Source of the DNA: an uncultured Collinsella sp. | Lineage (GTDB): Bacteria > Actinomycetota > Coriobacteriia > Coriobacteriales > Coriobacteriaceae | NCBI GenBank assembly: GCA_905211615.1 | Contig: CAJMBB010000001.1 | Span: 1-38,443 of the forward strand | Direction: 5' to 3' | DNA length: 38,443 bases | Shown: piece after piece, positions 11,254 to 20,469 of the stretch | Numbering within the stretch: position 1 is the stretch's first letter | How the letters are laid out: each line of letters begins with the position of its first letter | Notes under the pieces: model-generated | Told to the model about the DNA's origin: nothing | The model's database searches: none | What the model saw: the letters and a program-made list of their open reading frames with translations, nothing else | Made by a program: the position numbers and the translations under genes

Positions 11254-13581
11254 ATGGCGGATTCTCAGATCCATGTCGCGCTGGCGGGTAACCCCAACTG
11301 CGGCAAGACCACGCTTTTCAACCTGATTACCGGCGCCAACGGCTACGTTGGCAACTGGCCCGGCGTCACGGTTGAGAAAAAGGAAGCCAAGCTCCTAAGC
11401 GACAAGAACGTTACCATCACGGACCTCCCTGGCATCTACTCGCTTTCCCCCTACAGCCCCGAGGAGCAATGCTCGCGCGATTACCTCATGAGCGGCGAGC
11501 CCGATGTTGTCGTCCAGGTTGTCGACGCCACCAACCTCGAGCGCAACCTGTATCTGGCGCTTCAGGTTATCGAGACCGGCCTGCCCGTGGTCGTTGCCCT
11601 CAACATGGCCGACCTGGTCGAGAAGAACGGCGACAAGATCGATACGGACAAGCTCTCCAAGAAGCTCGGCTGCCCGGTCATGATGATCTCCGCCCTTAAG
11701 AACAAGGGCATCAAGGAGCTGTTCGAGCAGGTCAAGAAGTCCGCTGCTTCCAAGGGCCAGGTGCCGGAGCACAAGTTCGACTCCTCCATCGAGGACGTTC
11801 TGGACCACATCGAGAATAACCTGCCTGCGAGCGTTCCCGCCAACAAGCGCCGCTACTACGCGGTCAAACTGTTTGAGCGCGACGCGGACGCCTGCAAGCT
11901 CATCAACCTCACCAAGGAGAAGGCTGCTCGCGTGGAGCAGCTGGTCGCCCAGTGCGAGCAGGACTGCGACGACGACGCCGAGTCCATCATCACCGGCGAG
12001 CGTTACGGCGTGATTGCCCACATCATTGACGAGTGCCTCACCAAGGCTCCGGCAAAGATGAGCACCTCCGAGAAGATCGACCGCGTGGTTACCAACCGTA
12101 TCCTGGGCCTGCCGATCTTTGTGGTCATCATGTTCTGCGTGTACTACATCGCCGTTTCTACCTTGGGCGGCACGGTGACCGACTTCACCAACGACCAGCT
12201 CTTCGGTACCGACGGTTGGTATGTGCTCGGCCAGGGTCGCGACGCCTACGACGCGGCCGTCGAGGCTGCGGGTGACAATGCCGACTCGGTCGACCCGGCA
12301 CAGTACGGCCCCTATGTCCCGGGTATCACCACCGTGGTGCACGACGCCCTTGTGGCGGGCGGCACCGAGGACGGTGGCCTGGTCGATTCGCTGGTCTGCG
12401 ACGGCATCGTCGGCGGCCTGGGCGCCATCTTCGGCTTCGTCCCGCAGATGTTCCTGCTGTTCGTCATGCTGTCCTTCTTGGAGGACTGCGGCTATATGGC
12501 CCGCGTCGCCTTCATCATGGACCGCGTGTTCCGCCGCTTTGGCCTGTCCGGTAAGTCCTTCATCCCCATGCTCGTGTCCTCGGGCTGCGGCGTCCCCGGC
12601 GTCATGGCTACCAAGACCATCGAGAACGAGAAGGACCGCCGCATGACGGTCATGACCACCACGTTCATTCCCTGTGGCGCTAAGCTGCCGATCATCGCCC
12701 TGCTCATGGGTTCCATCATCGGCGATTCTTCCACCACCGCCGCGTGGATTAGCCCGCTCTTCTACTTCCTGGGCGTCTTTGCCGTCATCGCCTCGGGCCT
12801 CATGCTCAAGAAGACCAAGCTCTTCGCCGGCCGCCCGACCCCGTTTGTCATGGAGCTCCCCGCTTACCACTTCCCGGCGATCCGCTCCTGGGCGCTGCAC
12901 GTGTGGGAGCGCTGCTGGGCCTTTATCAAGAAGGCCGGCACGATCATCTTCGCCTCTACCGTCGTGGTGTGGTTCCTCTCCAACTTTGGTAGCTACAACG
13001 GCTCCTTTGGCTTCCTGCCTGCGATGGACGGCATCCCCGAGGAGTTCATGGACTACTCCGTGCTCGCCATGCTGGGCAACCTGGTCGCTTGGATCTTCGC
13101 CCCGCTCGGCTTTAGCACCTGGCAGGCAACCGCGCTGACTGTCTCTGGCCTCGTCGCCAAGGAGAACGTTGTCGCCACCGCCGGCTCGCTGCTGTCCGTC
13201 GCCGACGCGGGCGAGACCGACCCGAGCCTGTGGACCGCGTTTGCCGGCATGTTCCCCACCATGGGCGCCTGCGTTGCCTTCGGCGCGTTCAACCTGCTGT
13301 GCGCTCCGTGCTTTGCCGCTATGGGTACCATCCGCAACCAGATGGATTCCGGCAAGTGGACCGCGATTGCCCTCGGCTACGAGTGCGCCTTCGCTTGGGT
13401 GATCGGCCTGTTCATCAACCAGTTCTATAACCTGCTTGTCCTTGGGCAGTTTGGCTTCTGGACGGTTGTGGCTATCGTGCTGCTGGTCGCGATGCTCTTC
13501 CAGATTTTCCGTCCTATGCCCAAGCACGCTTGGACCGACGAGGACGAGACCAACACTGCTTCCGCTGCAGTTTCCGCCTAA
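11254..13581 (+). CDS. feoB: Ferrous iron transport protein B
   Basis: G1 GNPNCGKT, VGNWPGVTVE, G3 DLPG, G4 NMAD; membrane domain with GCGVP, PCGAK, FVMELP and APCFA. Confidence 0.98.
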   Translation: MADSQIHVALAGNPNCGKTTLFNLITGANGYVGNWPGVTVEKKEAKLLSDKNVTITDLPGIYSLSPYSPEEQCSRDYLMSGEPDVVVQVVDATNLERNLYLALQVIETGLPVVVALNMADLVEKNGDKIDTDKLSKKLGCPVMMISALKNKGIKELFEQVKKSAASKGQVPEHKFDSSIEDVLDHIENNLPASVPANKRRYYAVKLFERDADACKLINLTKEKAARVEQLVAQCEQDCDDDAESIITGERYGVIAHIIDECLTKAPAKMSTSEKIDRVVTNRILGLPIFVVIMFCVYYIAVSTLGGTVTDFTNDQLFGTDGWYVLGQGRDAYDAAVEAAGDNADSVDPAQYGPYVPGITTVVHDALVAGGTEDGGLVDSLVCDGIVGGLGAIFGFVPQMFLLFVMLSFLEDCGYMARVAFIMDRVFRRFGLSGKSFIPMLVSSGCGVPGVMATKTIENEKDRRMTVMTTTFIPCGAKLPIIALLMGSIIGDSSTTAAWISPLFYFLGVFAVIASGLMLKKTKLFAGRPTPFVMELPAYHFPAIRSWALHVWERCWAFIKKAGTIIFASTVVVWFLSNFGSYNGSFGFLPAMDGIPEEFMDYSVLAMLGNLVAWIFAPLGFSTWQATALTVSGLVAKENVVATAGSLLSVADAGETDPSLWTAFAGMFPTMGACVAFGAFNLLCAPCFAAMGTIRNQMDSGKWTAIALGYECAFAWVIGLFINQFYNLLVLGQFGFWTVVAIVLLVAMLFQIFRPMPKHAWTDEDETNTASAAVSA

Positions 13582-13610
13582 GTCCGAATAAGGATCAACC
13601 CCTTTCCACG

Positions 13611-13643
13611 AGCCCGGGTGTCTTAGTGACACTCGGGCTTTTT
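13611..13643 (+). terminator. Intrinsic terminator after feoB
   Basis: AGCCCGGGTGTC-TTAGT-GACACTCGGGCT followed by TTTT. Confidence 0.8.
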
Positions 13644-13786
13644 GACGCAATGGGGGGACAGATTGCTTTGCTCCAGAAGTAAGATGTGGCGTTTCCGCAG
13701 ATAAAACCGACCAGTATAAACCTGTCCCTTATTGGTAAGTGGAGGATGGGGTAAAGTAAGTGGTGGTTAACTAGAGGAGGCTTGCT

Positions 13787-13987
13787 ATGGCACCTATCGA
13801 TATTGTTGTACTGGCTGTTATCGGTATTGCGTTTGTCGCCGTGTGCGTGCGCATCTACCGTAAGGGTACCTGCGCCGACTGCGCTCAGGGCGGCGTTTGC
13901 ACCGGGCATTGCTCCAACAAAAAGACGTGCGCCGCACTTAAGGGCGTGGACAAAATCGCCGAAGACTTGGGCCGCGGTATTCATTAG
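13787..13987 (+). CDS. Small FeoB-associated Cys-rich membrane protein
   Basis: N-terminal TM helix, then CADCAQGGVCTGHC..C; GAGGAGG RBS; lies downstream of feoB. Confidence 0.8.
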   Translation: MAPIDIVVLAVIGIAFVAVCVRIYRKGTCADCAQGGVCTGHCSNKKTCAALKGVDKIAEDLGRGIH

Positions 13988-14089
13988 CCGACCGGCGTTT
14001 GGGCATGTTTGACTGCGAATGCGGCGGTTGCTGATATGATAGGTACGTTAGCAACTGCCGCCGAGCGGCTTAAACGAAAGGAACCCTGT

Positions 14090-16039
14090 ATGGAGTCCTC
14101 CGCCTATCCGATGCTCTTTAGCCCGATCAAGGTCGGTAAGACCGAGGTCAAGAACCGTGTCTTTATGCCGCCGGTGTCCACCAACCTGGCCGATCACGGC
14201 TATGTGACCGATGACCTGGTCGATCACTACCGTGCCCGCGCCAAGGGCGGCGTGGGCCTGATCATCACCGAGGTCGTGACGGTCGAGCCCACCTATACCT
14301 ATCTGCCGGGTGACATGTGCTGCTACGACGACACGTTTATCCCTGGCTGGGAAAAGCTCGCCGCGGCCGTCCACGAGTATGGCTGCAAGATCATGCCGCA
14401 GCTCTTCCATCCCGCCTACATGGCCTTTAACATTCCGGGCACGCCTCGCCTGATCGCTCCGTCCTTTGTGGGCCCGTCTTACGCCCGCGAGGCACCGCGC
14501 CCCATCACGGTCGACGAGATTCACGAGCTCACGCACCAGTTTGGCGACGCTGCCGTGCGTATGCAGAAGGCCGGTGTCGATGGCGTCGAGGTCCATGCGG
14601 CGCACGCCCACGGCATGCTCGGCGGTTTTTTGACCCCGCTCTATAACAAGCGTACCGATGAGTACGGCGGCTCGCTCGACGCCCGTATGCGCTTCTTGCT
14701 CGAGGTCATCGCCGAGATTCGCGAGCGCTGCGGCAAGGACTTTATCATCGACGTTCGTATCTCGGGCGACGAGTACACCGATGGCGGCCTGACCCTCAAC
14801 GACATGATTTACGTCTCGCGTCGCCTGGAGAAGGCCGGCGTCGACATGATTCACGTGTCGGGCGGCACCACCATCAAGCGCGGCTCCGCAATTCCCGCCG
14901 CCGGTACCCAGCAGGCCTCGCACGCCGCTTGCTCGCGTGAGATTAAGAAGCACGTGAACATTCCCGTTGCTACGGTCGGCCGCATTAACGAGGCCTGGAT
15001 CGCCGAGGAGCTGATCGAGGACGGCGCTGCCGACATCTGCATGATGGGCCGCGCCAATCTGTGCGATGCCGAGTTCTGCAATAAGGCCGCTGCCGGCAAC
15101 GCCGACGACATCCGTCCCTGCATCGGTTGCCTGCGCTGCCTGAACGGCATTATGTTCGGCAAGCGCATCTCCTGCACCGTCAACCCCGATGTCGAGCGCG
15201 ACGAGGCTGGCTACGAACCTGCTGCCGAGGCCAAGAACGTGCTCGTTGTGGGCGCTGGTCCTGCGGGCATGGAGGCAGCCTACATTGCCGCCAAGCGCGG
15301 TCACAACGTGGTGCTCGTGGATAAGCAGGACGAGCCGGGCGGCGAGATGCGTATTGCAGCCGTTCCGCCGGCAAAGCAGGAACTCACCCGCGTGATCAAG
15401 TATCAGTATCGTCGCCTGGCCGAGGCCGGCGTGAAGTGCGTATTTGGCACCGAGCTTACTGCCGAGGACATTCAGCGCGGCTACGCCGGCTACGAGGTCG
15501 TCCTGGCTTATGGCGCCGAGCCCATCGCTCCTGCCTTTATGCAGGGCTTTAAGCAGGTTATGACGGCTGACGACCTGCTGGGTGGCAAGGCTTTCCCGGG
15601 CAAGAAGATCGTCATCGTGGGCGGCGGCACCGTTGGCTGCGAGACGGCCGATTATCTGGCTCCGCTGGTCAACGACCTGTCGCCGGCCAACCGCGATGTC
15701 ACCGTCATCGAGATGACCAAGACGCTCGCCGCCAATGAGGGTGGTGCCGGTCGCGCGGTGCTCATCACGCGCATGCTCTCCAAGGGCGTCCACGTGCTGA
15801 CCGAGGCCAAGGTGACCGAGATCACCGAGGACGCCATCAGCTACGAAAAGGACGGCGAGGTCCACACCATCGCCGATGCCGATACGCTGGTGCTTGCCAT
15901 GGGCTATCGTCCCAATACCAAGTTGGCCGACGACCTTGCTGCTGCTGGCGTTGCTGTCCACGTGCTGGGCGACGCCCAGAAGTGTGGCAACATCCGCGAT
16001 GCCATCGGCGATGGCTACAAGGTTGCCTGCGAGCTCTAG
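14090..16039 (+). CDS. Fe-S flavoenzyme of the Old Yellow Enzyme / 2,4-dienoyl-CoA-reductase-like family; substrate unknown
   Basis: FMN barrel (KNRVFMPP, NKRTDEYGGS), [4Fe-4S] motif CIGCLRC-x10-CTVNP, FAD site GAGPAG and NAD site GGGTVG; ATG 14090 follows GAAAGG. Confidence 0.92.
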   Translation: MESSAYPMLFSPIKVGKTEVKNRVFMPPVSTNLADHGYVTDDLVDHYRARAKGGVGLIITEVVTVEPTYTYLPGDMCCYDDTFIPGWEKLAAAVHEYGCKIMPQLFHPAYMAFNIPGTPRLIAPSFVGPSYAREAPRPITVDEIHELTHQFGDAAVRMQKAGVDGVEVHAAHAHGMLGGFLTPLYNKRTDEYGGSLDARMRFLLEVIAEIRERCGKDFIIDVRISGDEYTDGGLTLNDMIYVSRRLEKAGVDMIHVSGGTTIKRGSAIPAAGTQQASHAACSREIKKHVNIPVATVGRINEAWIAEELIEDGAADICMMGRANLCDAEFCNKAAAGNADDIRPCIGCLRCLNGIMFGKRISCTVNPDVERDEAGYEPAAEAKNVLVVGAGPAGMEAAYIAAKRGHNVVLVDKQDEPGGEMRIAAVPPAKQELTRVIKYQYRRLAEAGVKCVFGTELTAEDIQRGYAGYEVVLAYGAEPIAPAFMQGFKQVMTADDLLGGKAFPGKKIVIVGGGTVGCETADYLAPLVNDLSPANRDVTVIEMTKTLAANEGGAGRAVLITRMLSKGVHVLTEAKVTEITEDAISYEKDGEVHTIADADTLVLAMGYRPNTKLADDLAAAGVAVHVLGDAQKCGNIRDAIGDGYKVACEL

Positions 16040-16092
16040 TCAACCCTTTGTGCGTGGGGGACAGGTGTCTCTGCGCCATCCGATAGCAAAAC

Positions 16093-16134
16093 AGCGGCGG
16101 CGTCCCGGATTTCGGGATGCCGCCGCTTGCTCTT
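16093..16134 (+). terminator. Probable terminator after the flavoenzyme gene
   Basis: AGCGGCGGCGTCCCG-GATTT-CGGGATGCCGCCGCT with a weak T tail. Confidence 0.7.
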
Positions 16135-16238
16135 GTGATCCTGGCGACGCGAGCGCGCCCTATTTCACCGCAAAGATAGGGGATGCGATAGTATTACGGG
16201 TGATATTCGACAAACCGTGGGCTTCATCCGAGGGCTTT

Positions 16239-16931
16239 ATGGAACAACACCAGCATTATCAGAGCCTGCAAGATCAGGCATACAACGCATTGCGCTCCAA
16301 GATCATCTATGCCGAGCTCAGGCCCGGCACGCGCCTTTCGGCGATTGGTCTGGAAAAGGAGACGGGAATCGGGCGCACGCCCATTCGCGAGTCTTTTGTG
16401 CGCTTGCGTGAGCAGGAACTGGTGGAAACGCGTCCCAAAAGCGGCACCTATGTCTCAAAAATCAGCATGGAGCGCGCCGAGAACGCCTGTTTCTTGCGCG
16501 AGAAACTCGAGAGAAGCGTGCTTATTAAATGCTGTTCGGCCGCCTCGCCCGAGCAAAAGCATCGGCTTGAGCAGATTCTTGCCGAGTCCGAGTCGCTCGA
16601 CCATAGCGAAACACGTCGTTTCTTTGACCTGGACAACCTGTTCCATGAGACGTGTTTTGAGATTGCTGGCCGTCACATGCTGTGGGATTGGATGAAGAGC
16701 GTCAACACGCATTTTGAGCGATACAACTGGTTGCGTATGGTGTCGCAGGATTTGGATTGGGAGCCGATTCGTCGGCAGCATCGCCGGATTCTCGAGGCCA
16801 TTAAGAGGGGCGATACCGACGCGGCGAGCTATCTGGCAGAGACGCACTTGCACCTGATGCCCGAAGAGCAAGGTCCGGTTATCGCCTTGCATCCCGACTA
16901 TTTTGAGCTGTCCAAAGACTCATCTATCTAG
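16239..16931 (+). CDS. GntR-family regulator with FCD domain
   Basis: AYNALRSKII..LRPGTRLS..GIGRTPIRE..PKSGTYVS; FCD motifs DNLFHE and QHRRILEAI. Start reassigned to ATG 16239. Confidence 0.9.
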   Translation: MEQHQHYQSLQDQAYNALRSKIIYAELRPGTRLSAIGLEKETGIGRTPIRESFVRLREQELVETRPKSGTYVSKISMERAENACFLREKLERSVLIKCCSAASPEQKHRLEQILAESESLDHSETRRFFDLDNLFHETCFEIAGRHMLWDWMKSVNTHFERYNWLRMVSQDLDWEPIRRQHRRILEAIKRGDTDAASYLAETHLHLMPEEQGPVIALHPDYFELSKDSSI

Positions 16932-17054
16932 CCCATCACCGCATCTGCTCGAGACGCAAAAACGATGCTACTCACCTACAGCGTTTTGCAACCGAGATTT
17001 TTAAAAAATGCCTAAAATGGCTCAGACTGCCGACATTGGGAAACGGGGTGCGCT

Positions 17055-18077
17055 ATGGCGCAGATGAGAATCAAGGACATTGCCGCCGAGGCGGGCGTGA
17101 GCCCGGCCACGGTCTCGCGCTATCTCAACAACCGCCCCGGGCAGATGACCGAGGAAACCCGTGCTCGCATCGCGGCGGTTATCGAGCGCACCGGCTATCG
17201 CCCACGTGCCGCCGCACGCAATCTACGCAGCTCGCGCACCAATCTCATCGGCGTGATCTTGGCCGACATCGCCAATCCGTTCTCCAGTGCCATGCTCGAA
17301 GGGCTTTCCGCCAGTGCCGCCGCGCGCGGCTGCTCGCTTATGACGGCCATTAGCGGCAACGATCCCGCTAAAGAGGCCGAATCGCTCACCAGGCTTATCG
17401 ACGCCGGCGTGGACGGCCTGGCCGTCAATACCTGCGGCGGTAACGACGAGGCAATCGCCGCTGCCGCGGGACGTTTACCCGTTGTGCTGCTCGACCGCGA
17501 TGTTGCCGCCGGCGGTGTCGATCTGGTGACATCTAACAACCGTGAGCTGGTCGCCGGCTTGGTAGACGCCTTGGCCGCTGCGGGCAGCGAGCGCCTGTGC
17601 CTGCTCACCGAGGCAAGCGACGACAGCCCCGTCCGTCGCGAGCGCGCCGAGGCTTTTGCCGACGAGCTTTCTCGACGCGGCCTTGCGGGCGAGGTCGTCA
17701 CCCTGGCCGACGGCGGTGCCACGGGTGTTGGCCGCTTGGACGAGACCATCCGCGACTACGCGGGCAAAAGGCTCGGCCTTATCGCCGTCAACGGCCTGGT
17801 TTTCCTGCGTCTGACCGAGGCGCTGGCGCAGCTTGGTCCCTCGTTGCCGGCGGGGCTCAAGATCGCGACGTTCGACGACTACCCTTGGAACCATGTACTC
17901 TTTGGCGGAGTGACCACGGCCGCGCAAGACACCATCACCATTGCCGAGCGCGTAGTCGAGCGCCTGTCCGAGCGCATCGACGTCGTTACCACCACCGTGG
18001 GCGAGGCCGCAAAGCTGGCGCCCAAACGCATCGAGATCCCCGGCCACATCGAACACCGCGCCTCGACCTCTCGCTAG
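17055..18077 (+). CDS. LacI-family transcriptional regulator
   Basis: IKDIAAEAGVSPATVSRYLN, ARNLRSSRTNLIGVILADIANPFS. Confidence 0.93.
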   Translation: MAQMRIKDIAAEAGVSPATVSRYLNNRPGQMTEETRARIAAVIERTGYRPRAAARNLRSSRTNLIGVILADIANPFSSAMLEGLSASAAARGCSLMTAISGNDPAKEAESLTRLIDAGVDGLAVNTCGGNDEAIAAAAGRLPVVLLDRDVAAGGVDLVTSNNRELVAGLVDALAAAGSERLCLLTEASDDSPVRRERAEAFADELSRRGLAGEVVTLADGGATGVGRLDETIRDYAGKRLGLIAVNGLVFLRLTEALAQLGPSLPAGLKIATFDDYPWNHVLFGGVTTAAQDTITIAERVVERLSERIDVVTTTVGEAAKLAPKRIEIPGHIEHRASTSR

Positions 18078-18130
18078 TCGCTCGTTCGCAACGGCCTGTT
18101 CGCGCACGTTTTTTGAGCGCTTGATACGCT

Positions 18131-18146
18131 TTAACCCTGCGGAAAC
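18131..18146 (+). promoter_or_regulatory. Candidate GlnR box (a-site, 6-nt spacer, b-site)
   Basis: TTAAC-cctgcg-GAAAC fits the actinobacterial gTnAc-n6-GaAAc consensus; about 65 bp upstream of the glnA-like start. Confidence 0.55.
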
Positions 18147-18211
18147 ATTTTTCTGCGATAGTATCTGCGATATAGACCAGTCGAAACCCGCCCGAAAGAA
18201 AGGGGAGCGAC

Positions 18212-19549
18212 ATGAACCAGCAGAACATCGATTATGTACTCCGCTCCGTAGAGCAGCGTGACATCCGCTTTGTGCGTCTGTGGTTTGTCGACATTCTCGG
18301 CCGCCTCAAGAACTTTGCCATTAGCCCCGAGGACCTCGAGGTCGCTTTTGAGGAGGGTATTGGCTTTGACGGCTCCGCCATCGAGGGCTTTGCCACGCCC
18401 GAGGAAGCCGACATGCTGGCGTTTCCCGATGCTTCGACCTTCCAGATCCTGCCGTGGCGCCCGAGCCACAACGGCGTCGCCCGCGTGTTCTGCGATGTGT
18501 GCACCCCCGACCGCAAGCCGTTTGCCGGCGACCCGCGCGATGCCCTTCGCCGCATGTTCCGCAAGGCCGAGAAGGCTGGCTACCTGCTCAACGTGGGTGC
18601 CGAGCTGGAGTATTACTACTTCCCCGACGAGCACACCCCCGAGCCGCTCGACAACGTGGGATACTTCGATCTTTCGGTGAGCGATGCCGCCCGCGACCTG
18701 CGTCGCAACACGGTCCTCACGCTCGAGAAGATGTCCGTGCCCGTGGAGTACACCTTCCACGCCGCCGGCCGCTCGCAGCACGGCATGAGTCTGCGCCACG
18801 CCGAGGCCCTGAGCATGTCCGACGCCATCACTACGGCCAAACTCATCATTAAGCAGCAGGCCTACGAGAGCGGTTGCCACGCCTCCTTTATGCCCAAGCC
18901 GCTGGCGGGCGAGGATGGCAGCGCTATGTTCCTGTGCCAGTCACTATTCGACCACGACGGCAACAACGTCTTTTGGGGCGAGGACGACGAGAAATACCAT
19001 CTCTCCGATATCGCCAAGCACTATATGGCCGGTATTCTGGCGCACGCGCGCGAGATCAGCGCCATCACCAACCCCACGGTCAACTCGTACAAGCGCATCA
19101 CCACGGGTGGCGACTCCGTGCCGCAGTACGCCACGTGGGGCCTGCGCAATCGCGCGAGTATGGTCCGCATCCCGGTCTACAAGCCCGGTAAGCAGCTGTC
19201 CACGCGTATCGAGCTGCGCAGTCCCGATCCCATGGCCAACCCGTACCTGGTCAACGCCGTCACGCTGGCGGCTGGTCTGGACGGCATCGAGCGCAAGCTG
19301 GAGCTCCCGCCCGAGGCCACGGCCGAGACGCTCAAGCTCACCGACCGTCAGATGGTCGAGGCCGGTTACACCCCGCTGCCGCGCTCGCTCAAAGAGGCGC
19401 TCGACGTGTTTGAGGACTCGCAGTTTATGAAGGATGCCCTCGGCGAGCACATCCACAGTTTCTTCCTTAAAAAGAAGCGCGACGAGTGGCATAAGTTTGA
19501 GTCCACGATCACCGAGTGGGAGATCAAGCACTACCTGGCGAACTCCTAA
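18212..19549 (+). CDS. glnA: Glutamine synthetase type I-alpha family protein with a degenerate active site
   Basis: FDGSAIEGF, GAELEY, FMPKP, NPTVNSYKR, NRASMVRIP and RIELRSPDP..NPYL are present. HEVAxGQHE reads HAAGRSQHG and GSGMH reads GSAMF. Confidence 0.85.
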   Translation: MNQQNIDYVLRSVEQRDIRFVRLWFVDILGRLKNFAISPEDLEVAFEEGIGFDGSAIEGFATPEEADMLAFPDASTFQILPWRPSHNGVARVFCDVCTPDRKPFAGDPRDALRRMFRKAEKAGYLLNVGAELEYYYFPDEHTPEPLDNVGYFDLSVSDAARDLRRNTVLTLEKMSVPVEYTFHAAGRSQHGMSLRHAEALSMSDAITTAKLIIKQQAYESGCHASFMPKPLAGEDGSAMFLCQSLFDHDGNNVFWGEDDEKYHLSDIAKHYMAGILAHAREISAITNPTVNSYKRITTGGDSVPQYATWGLRNRASMVRIPVYKPGKQLSTRIELRSPDPMANPYLVNAVTLAAGLDGIERKLELPPEATAETLKLTDRQMVEAGYTPLPRSLKEALDVFEDSQFMKDALGEHIHSFFLKKKRDEWHKFESTITEWEIKHYLANS

Positions 19550-19599
19550 TCGCGCTGGCTTGTTCCAGTACGATTGAGCTCATTTCTTTGGAGGCCGAT

Positions 19600-20262
19600 A
19601 TGTCCGAAAAGAGTGCCCTGTTCATGGCGCGCACGACGCGCTTCCACGAGTTTGCCCGCAGCTTGACGACCACCCTGGGTGTCGAGGTGAGCCTGGCAAC
19701 CCCCGATTCGCCGACTGCGGCGCACGACTTTGACCTGCTGATTCTCGATTCCGATGGCATCCGCAGCGACCGCATCGACCAGATTGCCAAGTGGCTTGAC
19801 GATCGCGGCGGCGTCCCCATGTTGGTGATCGTCGACGACGAGGCGCTCGGCACCCTGCGCCTGCCCAATCACGCGCATGCCGACTTTGTATGCCCCACGG
19901 CGACGCCCAACGAGCTCAAGGCTCGCGCGCAGCGCCTGATGGGCGAGGAGGAGACCGTCACCGCCGACGATGTGCTCAACATCGATAACCTCGAGATCAA
20001 CCTGGCCACCTACCAGGTGACGCTCGATAACGAGCCCATCGACCTGACGCTGATGGAGTACTCGCTGCTGAGCTTTTTGGCGACGCACCCCAACCGTGCC
20101 TACAGCCGCGAGGTGCTGCTGCACCGCGTGTGGGGCTTTGAGTACTGCGGCGGCACGCGCACCGTCGACGTGCACATCCGACGCATCCGCTCCAAGGTGG
20201 GCCCGCAGATCGCGGCACACATCACCACCGTCCGTGGCGTGGGTTATCTGTTTAAGGACTAG
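19600..20262 (+). CDS. OmpR-family orphan response regulator, actinobacterial GlnR-like
   Basis: Winged helix LTLMEYSLLSFLATHPNRAYSREVLLHRVWG..GGTRTVDVHIRRIRSK..TVRGVGY; degenerate receiver domain; no adjacent kinase; follows the glnA-like gene. Confidence 0.85.
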   Translation: MSEKSALFMARTTRFHEFARSLTTTLGVEVSLATPDSPTAAHDFDLLILDSDGIRSDRIDQIAKWLDDRGGVPMLVIVDDEALGTLRLPNHAHADFVCPTATPNELKARAQRLMGEEETVTADDVLNIDNLEINLATYQVTLDNEPIDLTLMEYSLLSFLATHPNRAYSREVLLHRVWGFEYCGGTRTVDVHIRRIRSKVGPQIAAHITTVRGVGYLFKD

Positions 20263-20266
20263 ATCT

Positions 20267-20300
20267 CCACTACTAAGGGGACAGGGCGCCTTTGTGGTGG
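20267..20300 (+). repeat. REP-like hairpin family B, copy 1
   Basis: CCACTACTAAGGGGACAGGGCGCCTTTGTGGTGG; related copies at 31266, 32857 and 33816. Confidence 0.7.
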
Positions 20301-20469
20301 TTTTGGCGCAGGCCGGGTCCTTTGGGGCCTGCAGCAGAACTTAAGCCTTCCTAAAAGATTGCGTTCTCATACACGTTCGCCCGCATATTGGGGTACAACT
20401 CAACGTGAACAATGATGGCCCGCCACATGTTTGGCGGGCCTTTGGTTATTTGACGAAAGGATCGCAGCC

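Noticed and set aside
14090..16039. Calling the flavoenzyme bilR or baiCD/baiH
   Set aside because: It lacks the BilR HGDR motif and there is no bai gene context.
15876..16238. N-terminal extensions given by the ORF track for GntR, and likewise for HPr, MATE, moaA, the flavoenzyme and the GlnR-like gene
   Set aside because: They run through upstream genes, terminators or repeats; downstream starts fit the domain boundaries and mostly have a clear RBS.
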